The notes beneath the pieces are model-generated. The model worked only from the letters and a program-made list of their open reading frames with translations, did not search any database and had not been told where the DNA came from. Positions 1-7,037 of a stretch of 11,066 nucleotides of DNA are shown here, one piece after another. This DNA comes from a virus (Duplodnaviria > Heunggongvirae > Uroviricota > Caudoviricetes), in the IMG/VR virus record IMGVR_UViG_2693429582_000021, positions 1 through 11,066 of that record; one strand, written 5' to 3'. Position numbers and translations under genes: made by a program. Numbering within the stretch: position 1 is the first letter of the stretch; every line of letters begins with the position of its first letter.

Positions 1-34
1 GTATTCGCCGCCCGTATTCGTCAGGAGGTGCGCC

Positions 35-265
35 ATGTGCAATAAAAACACGCCGGACGCAGCAGGCGAAGCATTGAAAGTACTGATACATGCGCTTGTG
101 GATATAAATTGCATGGTAGAGATCATGGAGAGGAAATCACAGTCGGAGTACGACAAAAGAAAATTTAAAACAATAAAAATAATTACCAAAAACTCACTGA
201 CAAAAGCTACAGACATCCTCAATGAGGACACTAAAAGAATCAGGGAGAAACTGTGTGATGCATAA
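35..265 (+). CDS. hypothetical small protein (76 aa), first gene of plus-strand operon
   Basis: ORF with strong Shine-Dalgarno (AGGAGG at about 23-28) 6-8 nt upstream of the ATG at 35; no recognisable family from the translation. Confidence 0.5.
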   Translation: MCNKNTPDAAGEALKVLIHALVDINCMVEIMERKSQSEYDKRKFKTIKIITKNSLTKATDILNEDTKRIREKLCDA

Positions 266-485
266 AATACCTTTTGATGTTCTTATTCATTCTGAGAATG
301 CATTAATCCGCGCAAAGGAAATGGAGGCATTATTACTTAAGTTAATGGAAGTGCCGGAAAATGGCGATGAATCATATCCCATGATGTTTTCTGCCGTGCA
401 CACATTATTAACGCCAGTAATTAACGAATTAAATACGGTGATGGCAATTCACGAGAATAATAAAGCGCATCACACCGGAGAATAA
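258..485 (+). CDS. hypothetical small protein (about 75 aa from the ATG at 258; the ORF is open from 222)
   Basis: In-frame ATG at 258 preceded by GGGAGA about 9 nt upstream; overlaps the stop of the previous ORF (263-265), consistent with coupling. Function unknown. Confidence 0.4.
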   Translation: MHKIPFDVLIHSENALIRAKEMEALLLKLMEVPENGDESYPMMFSAVHTLLTPVINELNTVMAIHENNKAHHTGE

Positions 486-490
486 AAACC

Positions 491-790
491 ATGAAACAGA
501 AAAATTCTGGCTTTACTGCCAGCGGCCTCCCTCGGCCTGAAATCCGCCCCGGCGATATTTTCCGGGATAACTACGGCGGCACAGTAACGATTAAACACGT
601 GGCGGGACGGTGCGTTACTTACCGCCGTGATGGGTACGGCTATGACTGCGTGATGCCTGTTTATCAGTTCCGGCGTGATTTTTCCCTGGTACAGACTGCG
701 CCGCGTAACCAGCCCACCAGCAAAGAGAAGGCACGGGTAAATATTCAGGCCATAAGAAAAATGCTTAACGGATTCAGGGGTAAAAAATGA
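491..790 (+). CDS. hypothetical protein (99 aa), translationally coupled to the downstream primase-like gene
   Basis: GGAGA about 10 nt upstream of the ATG at 491; its stop overlaps the start of the next gene as ATGA (787-790). No family recognised. Confidence 0.5.
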   Translation: MKQKNSGFTASGLPRPEIRPGDIFRDNYGGTVTIKHVAGRCVTYRRDGYGYDCVMPVYQFRRDFSLVQTAPRNQPTSKEKARVNIQAIRKMLNGFRGKK

Positions 791-2919
791 AACTGGCACC
801 GAACGTAAAACTATTGCCGAAAGATAAAGGTGAGGAAGCAGTAATTTTTGTGGGGGATGACGCATACAGCCACGCAGAACATTACAGGCAGGGTGGAGAA
901 GCCGGAAAGCGCGGCGACAAAATACCGCCCGTTTATATCGGACGGCGTGACCTGGGTAATCTGGAAAACCTGCGTATTGTGGATGATGGCCGGTTACGCG
1001 TCATGGTCAGACGTGCCGGAAAGCTGGATGGCAAACAGGCGCTACAGATTGAAACCCTGCTCGCAGTAGCTGGTGTTAAGGAAGTCAGTTTTTGTGACGA
1101 GAACGGCGAACTACTGGAGGACTGGACACCACAGCTTGCCCGACTGAAAGACGAATACGAGCGTGGGGAAAGTCTGGTGTTGCCCTTAAAGAAAAAAATC
1201 ACAGAAAACCATGGCGATGATGAATTAAAGCCCCGCGTTGAAAGCCGCGCCGATGGTGTTTTCTGGGTAACGCCCAAAGTGGATAAGCAGTCAGGCGAAA
1301 TTATCCGGCCTGAGACGTGGTTATGTTCCCCGCTTGAACTACTGGGAACGGGAACAATCGGCAAAGAGCATTACCGCGTGATGCGCTGGAAAAAATTAGC
1401 AAATCATGAAGTCATCACAATGGCGATCCCGTGTGGTGGCATTGGCGACCGTGACGGCTGGCGGTTGCTGAAAGACCACGGTTTGAACGTGACAACCAAC
1501 GGTAAATACAGGGCTGTCCTGGCTGACTGGATGCAGTTAAGCGGAAGCCATGAGGAATGGCAGTTAAGCACAACAACGGGCTGGCATTTTGGCGCGTACA
1601 TCATGCCGGATGGTTCGGTCATTGGTGATTGCGAAAAGCCAGTCCTGTTTACCGGAAAAACGGCTGCCGTTAATGGTTATTCCGTGACAGGAACGGCGGA
1701 GGGCTGGCGCGACAGTGTGGCGCGACTGGCTGGTGGTAATCCGTCCATGATGCTGGGAGTGGCGGTATCGTTATCCGCACCATTAATCGGGCTGGTGGGC
1801 GCTGACGGCTTCGGGGTACATCTTTTCGAACAGTCATCGGCAGGGAAAACCACCACACAGAACATAGCATCAAGTTTATGGGGAGAGCCGGACGCGCAAC
1901 GGCTGACCTGGTACGGAACGGCGTTAGGTATCGCCAACGAGGCAGAGGCACACAACGACGGACTGTTACCACTGGATGAAATAGGCCAGGCCGGAAACGC
2001 GCGGGAGGTGTCCACATCGGCTTATACGCTGTTTAACGGTTCCGGTAAATTGCAGGGGGCGAAGGACGGCGGCAACAGGGAGATAAAACACTGGCGAACG
2101 GTGGCAATCAGTACCGGAGAAATGGACGTTGAGACATTCCTCAAAACGGAGGGGATAAAAGTCAAGGCGGGGCAGCTTGTCCGCCTGCTTAACGTGCCAA
2201 TGGAAAAAGCCACACAATTTCACGAATACAGCACCGGAAAGGCGCACGCAGACGCGTTAAAGGATGCCTGGACAGCAAATCACGGGGCGGCGGGGCGTGA
2301 GTGGGTTAAATGGCTGGCAGACCACCAGCAGGAGGCAAAGGATACAGTAAGGGAATGCCGTGAACGGTGGCGCAACCTGATACCGGAGAGCTACGGCGAG
2401 CAGGTCCACCGCGTGGGTGAGCGTTTCGCCATACTGGAGGCCGCACTTGTGCTTTCCGGTCATGTGACTGGCTGGGATGAGCAGGAATGCCGCGATGCCA
2501 TTCAGCATAATTTTAATGCCTGGGTGAAGGAGTTCGGCACGGGCAACAGGGAACACAGGCAGATTATTGAACAGGCTGAGGCGTTTCTTGCGGCCTATGG
2601 CCTGAGCAGGTTCGCCCCTGTCAATTATGACCCTGCCAGCCTGCCGATTTCAGAACTGTACGGCTACAGGGAAAGCGACGGGCGTTATGACGAGCCTGTT
2701 TTGTTTTACGTGCTGCCGGAGCCGTTTAGCTCACATGTGGCGAAGGGATTTAACAAGGATGCCGTAGCAAAGACCCTTCATGAAGCCGGAATGCTGAGAA
2801 AACCAGCCAGCGGGCGAGGATGGCAAATCAGGACACCACGGCTAAAACACCTGAAAGGGGCGCGGCTAAGAGTGTATGGCCTTTTGCTGACGCAGGACTA
2901 CGATGCTGAAAATGATTAA
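787..2919 (+). CDS. replication protein of integrative element/satellite: primase/helicase-like P-loop NTPase (DUF927/SF3-helicase-like architecture)
   Basis: 710-aa uninterrupted ORF; Walker A-like motif SSAGKTT (about nt 1840-1860) and Walker B-like hhhhDE (LLPLDEIG, about nt 1960-1985) in the middle of the protein; large N-terminal domain; immediately followed by an iteron array. Family assignment from pattern recognition, not a search. Confidence 0.8.
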   Translation: MKLAPNVKLLPKDKGEEAVIFVGDDAYSHAEHYRQGGEAGKRGDKIPPVYIGRRDLGNLENLRIVDDGRLRVMVRRAGKLDGKQALQIETLLAVAGVKEVSFCDENGELLEDWTPQLARLKDEYERGESLVLPLKKKITENHGDDELKPRVESRADGVFWVTPKVDKQSGEIIRPETWLCSPLELLGTGTIGKEHYRVMRWKKLANHEVITMAIPCGGIGDRDGWRLLKDHGLNVTTNGKYRAVLADWMQLSGSHEEWQLSTTTGWHFGAYIMPDGSVIGDCEKPVLFTGKTAAVNGYSVTGTAEGWRDSVARLAGGNPSMMLGVAVSLSAPLIGLVGADGFGVHLFEQSSAGKTTTQNIASSLWGEPDAQRLTWYGTALGIANEAEAHNDGLLPLDEIGQAGNAREVSTSAYTLFNGSGKLQGAKDGGNREIKHWRTVAISTGEMDVETFLKTEGIKVKAGQLVRLLNVPMEKATQFHEYSTGKAHADALKDAWTANHGAAGREWVKWLADHQQEAKDTVRECRERWRNLIPESYGEQVHRVGERFAILEAALVLSGHVTGWDEQECRDAIQHNFNAWVKEFGTGNREHRQIIEQAEAFLAAYGLSRFAPVNYDPASLPISELYGYRESDGRYDEPVLFYVLPEPFSSHVAKGFNKDAVAKTLHEAGMLRKPASGRGWQIRTPRLKHLKGARLRVYGLLLTQDYDAEND

Positions 2920-2944
2920 TCTCGCGTGTAGGCGGTAACAATAT

Positions 2945-3272
2945 GTTGTCCCAGTCGTCCCAGAAAGCAATAAGCAAGCGTAACATATTGAATTTTATAG
3001 ATTTCACTTGCAAAAAGTGGGACAACAGCGGGACAACATTCAGGCATTTTGGGACAACATTGCGGCATTTTGGGACGACACGACACGTATTTTTTACCGT
3101 GCCGAAGGGTGGGACAACGCAAAACCCCTCATGTCGTCCCAAAATCGGTAAATGTCGTCCCACTTTGCGGAGTGTGTTTTTAATAAAATCAATAAGTTAA
3201 CATTAAGTGGGACAACCGGGACAACTGGGACGACGTGTTTTGTATATATATACGAAAAATCGAGATCTGAAC
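2945..3272. repeat. iteron array plus AT-rich tract: putative replication origin
   Basis: About 12 copies of the 8-mer GGGAC(A/G)AC in both orientations (plus copies at 3019, 3030, 3051, 3072, 3111, 3209, 3218, 3227; inverted copies GT(T/C)GTCCC at 2945, 2954, 3133, 3154). Three copies sit in a 21-bp tandem unit CATT..GGCATTTTGGGACAAC (3030/3051/3072). An AT-rich stretch TGTATATATATACGAAAAAT (3241-3260) follows. Position directly 3' of the replication gene matches rep-ori organisation in satellites and plasmids. Confidence 0.7.
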
Positions 3273-3273
3273 T

Positions 3274-3516
3274 ATGAAGTCAAACCGCAAACAACCACAC
3301 TACCGCGCCATTGACCTTACAGAGCACTGGCTGAGAGTGGCGATAAAAATCATCGACCGCAACACGGGGGAAGGATACGCGAAAGCACACCCCGAACTGA
3401 TAAGCGCATTCATGGCAACGGCGGCAGCAAACTTTGCCACGCTGACAGAACGGGAGATTGCCGAATCGGAACAGGTGACAACCATCAACATTAAAACCGG
3501 AGAGCAGACAGCATGA
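3274..3516 (+). CDS. hypothetical protein (80 aa)
   Basis: ORF beginning just after the AT-rich tract; its stop overlaps the next start (ATGA at 3513-3516). No family recognised. Confidence 0.5.
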   Translation: MKSNRKQPHYRAIDLTEHWLRVAIKIIDRNTGEGYAKAHPELISAFMATAAANFATLTEREIAESEQVTTINIKTGEQTA

Positions 3517-3935
3517 CAGCACAGATAGCGGCTTACGGGCGGCTGGTGGCTGACCCGCAGTTAAAGACCACCAGCAAAGGGACACAAATGGCGATGGCGA
3601 GTATGGCGGTTCCCCTGCCGTGCAGCCAGGCCGATGACGGAACGGCGACGATGTGGTTATCCGTCCTGGCGTTTGGCAGACAGGCCGACGCACTGGCCAG
3701 ACACCACAAAGGCGAACTGGTGAGCGTGGCGGGTAACATGCAGGTAAGCCAGTGGACAGGCCAGAACGGCGAAACGCGGCAGGGCTGGCAGGTTATCGCA
3801 GACAGCGTAATCAGTGCGCGAACGGCGCGACCGGGCGGCAAAAAAGGTCAACAGGGCCAGGCTACTGACGCGCTGAACAGGGCAAAACAACAGGCGGGTA
3901 ATGATGATCCGTACGAAGACAACATACCGTTTTAA
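3513..3935 (+). CDS. single-stranded DNA-binding (SSB-like, OB-fold) protein
   Basis: 140-aa translation shows an SSB-like pattern: N-terminal GRLVADPQLK resembling E. coli SSB GNLGQDPEVR, conserved W...FG...A...KG..V...G......W....G..R spacing, and a Gly/Gln-rich tail ending in acidic residues plus DNIPF (SSB tails end D-D-D-I-P-F). Confidence 0.7.
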   Translation: MTAQIAAYGRLVADPQLKTTSKGTQMAMASMAVPLPCSQADDGTATMWLSVLAFGRQADALARHHKGELVSVAGNMQVSQWTGQNGETRQGWQVIADSVISARTARPGGKKGQQGQATDALNRAKQQAGNDDPYEDNIPF

Positions 3936-3971
3936 TTCACAACAGCGAACAGAGTTATTACAGGGGAAAGC

Positions 3972-4496
3972 ATGACAAAGCTGACCATTAACCGAAAACC
4001 GAAAGGCATTTACGGCACGCTGCAGAAAACGACGCAGGCGATACAGCAGCAGGATAAAACCACATCGGCGCATAAAGTGATACCCGGCAATCAGAACGCA
4101 CAGCAGAAGCCCACAGGGGCGACACCGTGGCGGCATATGACCAAACGCCAGCGCAAAAACCGCAGACGCGTTAACCGCCTTACTGAGATGTGGCCTGACT
4201 TATTCAGCCGGGAAGCGCCAAAACCGCTGAAGGTGGGGATATTCGACGACCTGATGCAGGATATCGCCGTCAGGGGGCTGGCATTCGGGCCGGGGGCATT
4301 ACGTGCGACGCTGGCATCTTATGCGCAGTCTCCACGCTATTACCGCGCCTTAATGGCTGGTGGGGTACGCTACGACCTGAAAGGCCAGCCATGTGGCGAG
4401 GTGACATCACAGGAACAACAGGACGCAGAAACGCGGCTGATGATGCTGAATGAGAAGCGTAAACGCCGGACAGCAAAGGAGAAGACAGGCGCATGA
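3972..4496 (+). CDS. FinO/ProQ-family RNA-binding protein (RNA chaperone)
   Basis: 174-aa ORF; the C-terminal two thirds align with the F-plasmid FinO core (WP.LF....P.L..GI.D.L..D.A.R...., Y...M.AG..RYD..G); basic N- and C-terminal tails typical of the family. SD-like GGGGAAA upstream of the ATG. Confidence 0.8.
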   Translation: MTKLTINRKPKGIYGTLQKTTQAIQQQDKTTSAHKVIPGNQNAQQKPTGATPWRHMTKRQRKNRRRVNRLTEMWPDLFSREAPKPLKVGIFDDLMQDIAVRGLAFGPGALRATLASYAQSPRYYRALMAGGVRYDLKGQPCGEVTSQEQQDAETRLMMLNEKRKRRTAKEKTGA

Positions 4497-4780
4497 TTCG
4501 TGACAGCAAAGCGGAAGAACTGGAGGCTAAAGGGCTGTACCGAAGAGCGACGGCGCGGTGGGCTGAGGTTATGCAACTGGTGAACACCGATAAGGAGCGC
4601 GAACAGGCGGCAAAGCGTCGCGCGGAATGTATCCGTAAGGCAGCACGCCCACCCGTTATGGCGGATAACTTCGGAGCGCTGAAAGAGGCTGTAAACCGCA
4701 CTCATGCGGTGATGGGGATGGAAGACGCGGGTAAATCCGTCTGGCGGAACTATCCAAAGCAGCCGGGCAATAATCAGTGA
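4493..4780 (+). CDS. small regulator, possibly PerC/Pch-family transcriptional activator
   Basis: 95-aa ORF coupled to the FinO-like gene (ATGA overlap at 4493-4496). N-terminus MIRDSKAEELEAKGLYRRATARWAEV resembles my recollection of PerC/Pch N-termini; the family call is tentative. Confidence 0.4.
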   Translation: MIRDSKAEELEAKGLYRRATARWAEVMQLVNTDKEREQAAKRRAECIRKAARPPVMADNFGALKEAVNRTHAVMGMEDAGKSVWRNYPKQPGNNQ

Positions 4781-4862
4781 TGCCGGATATTATCCTGAAA
4801 AATGACCATCACTCCCGTGGGCGGATAACATAAAATCCTGCATATACGCAGATACACAGACG

Positions 4863-4887
4863 AAGCCGGAACACTCCGGCTTTTTTT
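4863..4887 (+). terminator. rho-independent terminator ending the plus-strand replication/regulatory operon
   Basis: Stem AAGCCGGA / TCCGGCTT with loop ACAC, followed by a run of seven T (4881-4887). Confidence 0.7.
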
Positions 4888-4965
4888 ACGGGTCCTTCCA
4901 GAGGGGTGGCCTTACCGCGAGGCGACGGACGCGCGGAAATCGCCAAATTTTCGCATTTTTATCGG
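4888..4965 (+). other. cos-like site A (diverged cosQ-cosN-cosB-like sequence)
   Basis: ACGGGTCCTTCCAG (4888-4901) matches the lambda cosQ-region motif ACGGGTCCTTTCCGG. About 32 nt downstream, GAGGCGACGGACG CGCGGAAATCGCC AAATTTTCGCATTTTTATCGG parallels lambda GGGCGGCGACCT CGCGGGTTTTCGC TATTTATGAAAATTTTCCGG, roughly 65-70% identity by eye. Confidence 0.45.
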
Positions 4966-5233
4966 TCATCACCACCAGCGCAATTTATTGATAATGAAGG
5001 TTAAAAAAATTCCTGGTGTCGAAAACGCCTGTTTTTTGTTCACCACTGAATCATGCCGCATCACGATAACCCACAAGGCTGGTGGTGATGCGTTATGGTC
5101 CCTACGTTGCCATCCCCCTGACCTCATGGCATTATCCGGCGTGAACGAGCGGTTATTCTCCGTACTCTTAATCGTTGTTCATGGTTATTTGCTTTGTGGT
5201 AGCTTACATTTCCTGATGGTTATTATCCTTCCG

Positions 5234-5257
5234 CCCCGTAATCACGGGGTTTTTTTT
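5234..5257 (+). terminator. rho-independent terminator inside the non-coding region
   Basis: Perfect hairpin CCCCGT-AATC-ACGGGG followed by eight T (5250-5257). No credible upstream CDS, so it may terminate a small RNA; the 128-aa ORF 4988..5374 reads straight through it. Confidence 0.6.
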
Positions 5258-5295
5258 GTCTGCGATTTGCCGTTCTCCGTTGCGCTGGTGGTAAC

Positions 5296-5331
5296 GTCAC
5301 GATGTGTCACGACATGTCACCATCACGTCAC
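5296..5331. promoter_or_regulatory. phased array of four GTCAC motifs at about 10-bp spacing (putative protein-binding site)
   Basis: GTCAC at 5296, 5306, 5316 and 5327 within aacGTCACgatgtGTCACgacatGTCACcatcacGTCACg; one helical turn apart, which would place all sites on the same face of the DNA. Confidence 0.4.
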
Positions 5332-5720
5332 GCTGATGGCGAAAGTCAGGGTTAACCAGTACCGGAACGGGTAGCCCGATGTACTGTTACCGTTCTGCTG
5401 GCTGGTGGAGTAATTGATAACGGTTATCATCAATGGGAGGGGTGGATCAAATCCCTGTAGTCCTGGCTGTCAGGGACCGCCGCCCAACCCTTCTTCACAT
5501 CGCCGCAGGTTCGAAAACTTTTTTTTGGGAAGGTGCGCACAGACTTGATAGATAAAACCTATCAGACAAAACCACGCCAACCCCGCGCCATTGCTGGCAT
5601 CGTTAAAAAAACTCACTCCACCAGCAGGCTAAAAAACCGTGATTTTTCCGGTTTTATGGGCTGAAAAGGGGCTCCCTAAAAAACACCTCTTACACTGCCG
5701 GACAGGGGCGGTGACTTTTC

Positions 5721-5850
5721 ACGGGTCCTTTCCGGGGATCTGAAACACCACGGGGCGGCAGACGCGCAGATTTTCACTATTTATAAAAATTTTTCAGGGA
5801 AAAAGCATGTCGGTACTTCTTGCATGTAACATTATGTTTTTATTGCAACT
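5721..5850 (+). other. cos: cos site B: lambda-like cosQ, cosN and cosB upstream of terS
   Basis: 5721-5735 ACGGGTCCTTTCCGG is identical to the lambda cosQ-region motif. 5753-5764 GGGCGGCAGACG aligns with lambda cosN GGGCGGCGACCT. The following CGCAGATTTTCAC TATTTATAAAAATTTTTCAGGG ... CTTCTTGCATGTAAC ATTATGTTTTTATT parallels lambda cosB. The cosN-to-terS-start distance (189 nt) is essentially that of lambda cosN to Nu1 (about 190 nt). Confidence 0.75.
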
Positions 5851-5941
5851 AACTATCATAAACATACGACACCATAACGCCGGAAAATCCCGTTTTTCAG
5901 GCGTTTCATGTCGGAGGTGGTTTTTGATGAGGATTTGATAA

Positions 5942-6526
5942 ATGAATGTTAACAAAAAGAGACTGGCGGAGATTTTCGGTGTTGATCCGCGCACAATTGA
6001 GCGCTGGCAGATGCAAGGGCTTCCCCATGTATCTGGTGGCGGAAAAGGTGTGGAGGTGACTTTCGACTCTGCACAGGTGATCGAATGGTATGTACAGAGG
6101 GAGAAGGAGATCGAAAACGAAAAACTCCGCAGGGAGCTTGATGATTTACGTGCTGCTGGTGAATCAGATTTACAGCCAGGCACAACAGAGTACGAACGCT
6201 ACCGTCTCACCAAAGCACAGGCGGACGGGCAGGAACTGAAGAACGCCAGAGAGACAGGGGAAGTTATAGATACTGAGTTCGTACTCTGTGCGCTTCGTGG
6301 ACTGGCGAGTCAGATTTCTTCGATCATGGATAGTTTGCCGCTCACAATGCAAAGGCAGTTCCCCGGGATGACTCCGGCAATGCTCGATGGCCTGAGGAAG
6401 GAAACAGCACGAGCCTGTAATGCGTGCGCTAAAACTGCCGATAACCTACCCCGCATTCTGGAAGACTATCTGATGGAAACAACCGGAAACGTGCCGGAGA
6501 AGTTACGGCAACAGAAAGGTGAGTGA
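5942..6526 (+). CDS. terS: terminase small subunit, lambda Nu1 family (orphan; no terL follows)
   Basis: 194-aa translation closely parallels lambda Nu1 over the N-terminal wHTH and ATP-binding region: [49 protein letters not shown]...LR.A.E.DLQPGT.EYER.RLT.AQAD.QELKNAR. The C-terminal 40 aa diverge. Nothing resembling a large terminase follows on either strand. Confidence 0.9.
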   Translation: MNVNKKRLAEIFGVDPRTIERWQMQGLPHVSGGGKGVEVTFDSAQVIEWYVQREKEIENEKLRRELDDLRAAGESDLQPGTTEYERYRLTKAQADGQELKNARETGEVIDTEFVLCALRGLASQISSIMDSLPLTMQRQFPGMTPAMLDGLRKETARACNACAKTADNLPRILEDYLMETTGNVPEKLRQQKGE

Positions 6527-6553
6527 CAACCGCGCAATTATTGAACAAAACTG

Positions 6554-6616
6554 AGAAAGGATCTGATAACGTTATTTTTGGCCCAAAATGACCACTGTCA
6601 GATCCTTTCTTTTTCT
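6554..6616. terminator. large palindrome downstream of terS, possible bidirectional terminator or protein-binding site
   Basis: Perfect 13-bp inverted repeat AGAAAGGATCTGA (6554-6566) / TCAGATCCTTTCT (6598-6610) with an inner ATTTTTGG-C-CCAAAAT hairpin, followed by TTTTTC on the plus strand. Confidence 0.45.
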
Positions 6617-6619
6617 GAT

Positions 6620-6753
6620 GATTTTACGATTAAACAATGAGTTACAGAGAAGAAGAACGGATCTGACTTTTCCCGAAAAATTTTCATAAACAGTTAAGAA
6701 TTGCGCGTATCCGTACCCCCGGCGCTCAAGATTCTGGAAAGGACCCGTGACAC
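6620..6753 (-). other. cos-like site C (inverted orientation relative to cos B)
   Basis: Minus strand reads TCACGGGTCCTTTCCAGAATCTTGAGCGCC GGGGGTACGGAT ACGCGCAATTCTTAAC TGTTTATGAAAATTTTTCGGG AAAAG TCAGATCCGTTCTTCTCTGTAACTCATTG. This parallels lambda cosQ / cosN / R3 / TATTTATGAAAATTTTCCGG / CGTTTCCGTTCTTCTTCGTCATAACTTAATG. The cosQ-to-cosN spacing is about 4 nt shorter than in site B. Confidence 0.65.
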
Positions 6754-6760
6754 CTGACCA

Positions 6761-6783
6761 ACAAAAAAGCCCCCGAAGGGGGC
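6761..6783 (-). terminator. rho-independent terminator of the minus-strand toxin-immunity operon
   Basis: Hairpin GCCCCC-GAA-GGGGGC (6768-6782) with an A-run at 6762-6767 on plus, giving a T-run after the stem on minus, immediately 3' of the immunity gene stop at 6788. Confidence 0.7.
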
Positions 6784-6787
6784 TAAA

Positions 6788-7036
6788 TTACGCATCTTTA
6801 AAACTGGATTTGCCATTAGCTAAACGCCAGGTTTTAACTTCTTGTACGATGGCTTCCGGACTATCGTCTTTTCCGTTCTCTGGATAAAAAATTAGATCAG
6901 AGCCTGATGGATGTTCAGAGAGGCGCCTGAATTCTCTGACTAACTGCTCGCTTTCTTTTTCTGTTCCTTCTGCATTACATATTTTTCGAACAAGATCTAA
7001 GAATTCATTTTCAGTATAGTCGTTTATTGTTTTCAC
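6788..7036 (-). CDS. colicin/pyocin DNase immunity protein, Im7/Im9 family
   Basis: 82-aa translation [24 protein letters not shown]....[40 protein letters not shown] matches Im9 (…SDYTEAEFLQLVTTICNA….[40 protein letters not shown]). GTG start 1 nt after the toxin stop, with AGGGGA SD inside the toxin 3' end. Confidence 0.85.
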   Translation of the reverse strand: MKTINDYTENEFLDLVRKICNAEGTEKESEQLVREFRRLSEHPSGSDLIFYPENGKDDSPEAIVQEVKTWRLANGKSSFKDA

Positions 7037-7037
7037 G

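Noticed and set aside
470-2556. Minus-strand ORFs 470..865, 933..1364, 1404..1622, 1670..2017, 1677..2015, 1966..2247, 2022..2213, 2257..2556 and plus-strand ORF 848..1069
   Set aside because: All lie antisense to or frame-shifted within the 710-aa primase/helicase-like gene or its upstream operon, lack start contexts, and have low-complexity Ser/Pro/Arg-rich translations typical of shadow ORFs.
2828-3200. ORFs 2828..3163 (-), 2916..3122 (-) and 2943..3200 (+) spanning the iteron region
   Set aside because: Their translations are dominated by the repeated GGGACAAC/GTTGTCCC units (for example the repeated FGTTLRHFGTT), so they are artefacts of the iteron array.
3280-4705. Minus-strand ORFs 3280..3693, 3300..3491, 3533..3841, 3657..4136, 4270..4701, 4370..4705
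   Set aside because: Antisense to the well-supported plus-strand 80-aa, SSB-like, FinO-like and PerC-like genes; no ribosome-binding sites and biased composition.
4988-5374. ORF 4988..5374 (+), 128 aa
   Set aside because: It reads straight through a strong intrinsic terminator (5234-5257) and the GTCAC repeat array, with hydrophobic low-complexity translation and no SD; more likely a non-coding regulatory region.
5505-5526. tRNA-like T-loop motif GGTTCGAA at about 5509
   Set aside because: No flanking acceptor-stem complementarity, D-loop or anticodon-arm structure could be built around it; no tRNA is supported anywhere in the window.
5794-6352. ORFs 5794..6183 (-), 5949..6185 (-), 6170..6352 (-)
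   Set aside because: Antisense shadows of the Nu1-like terS gene and the cosB region.
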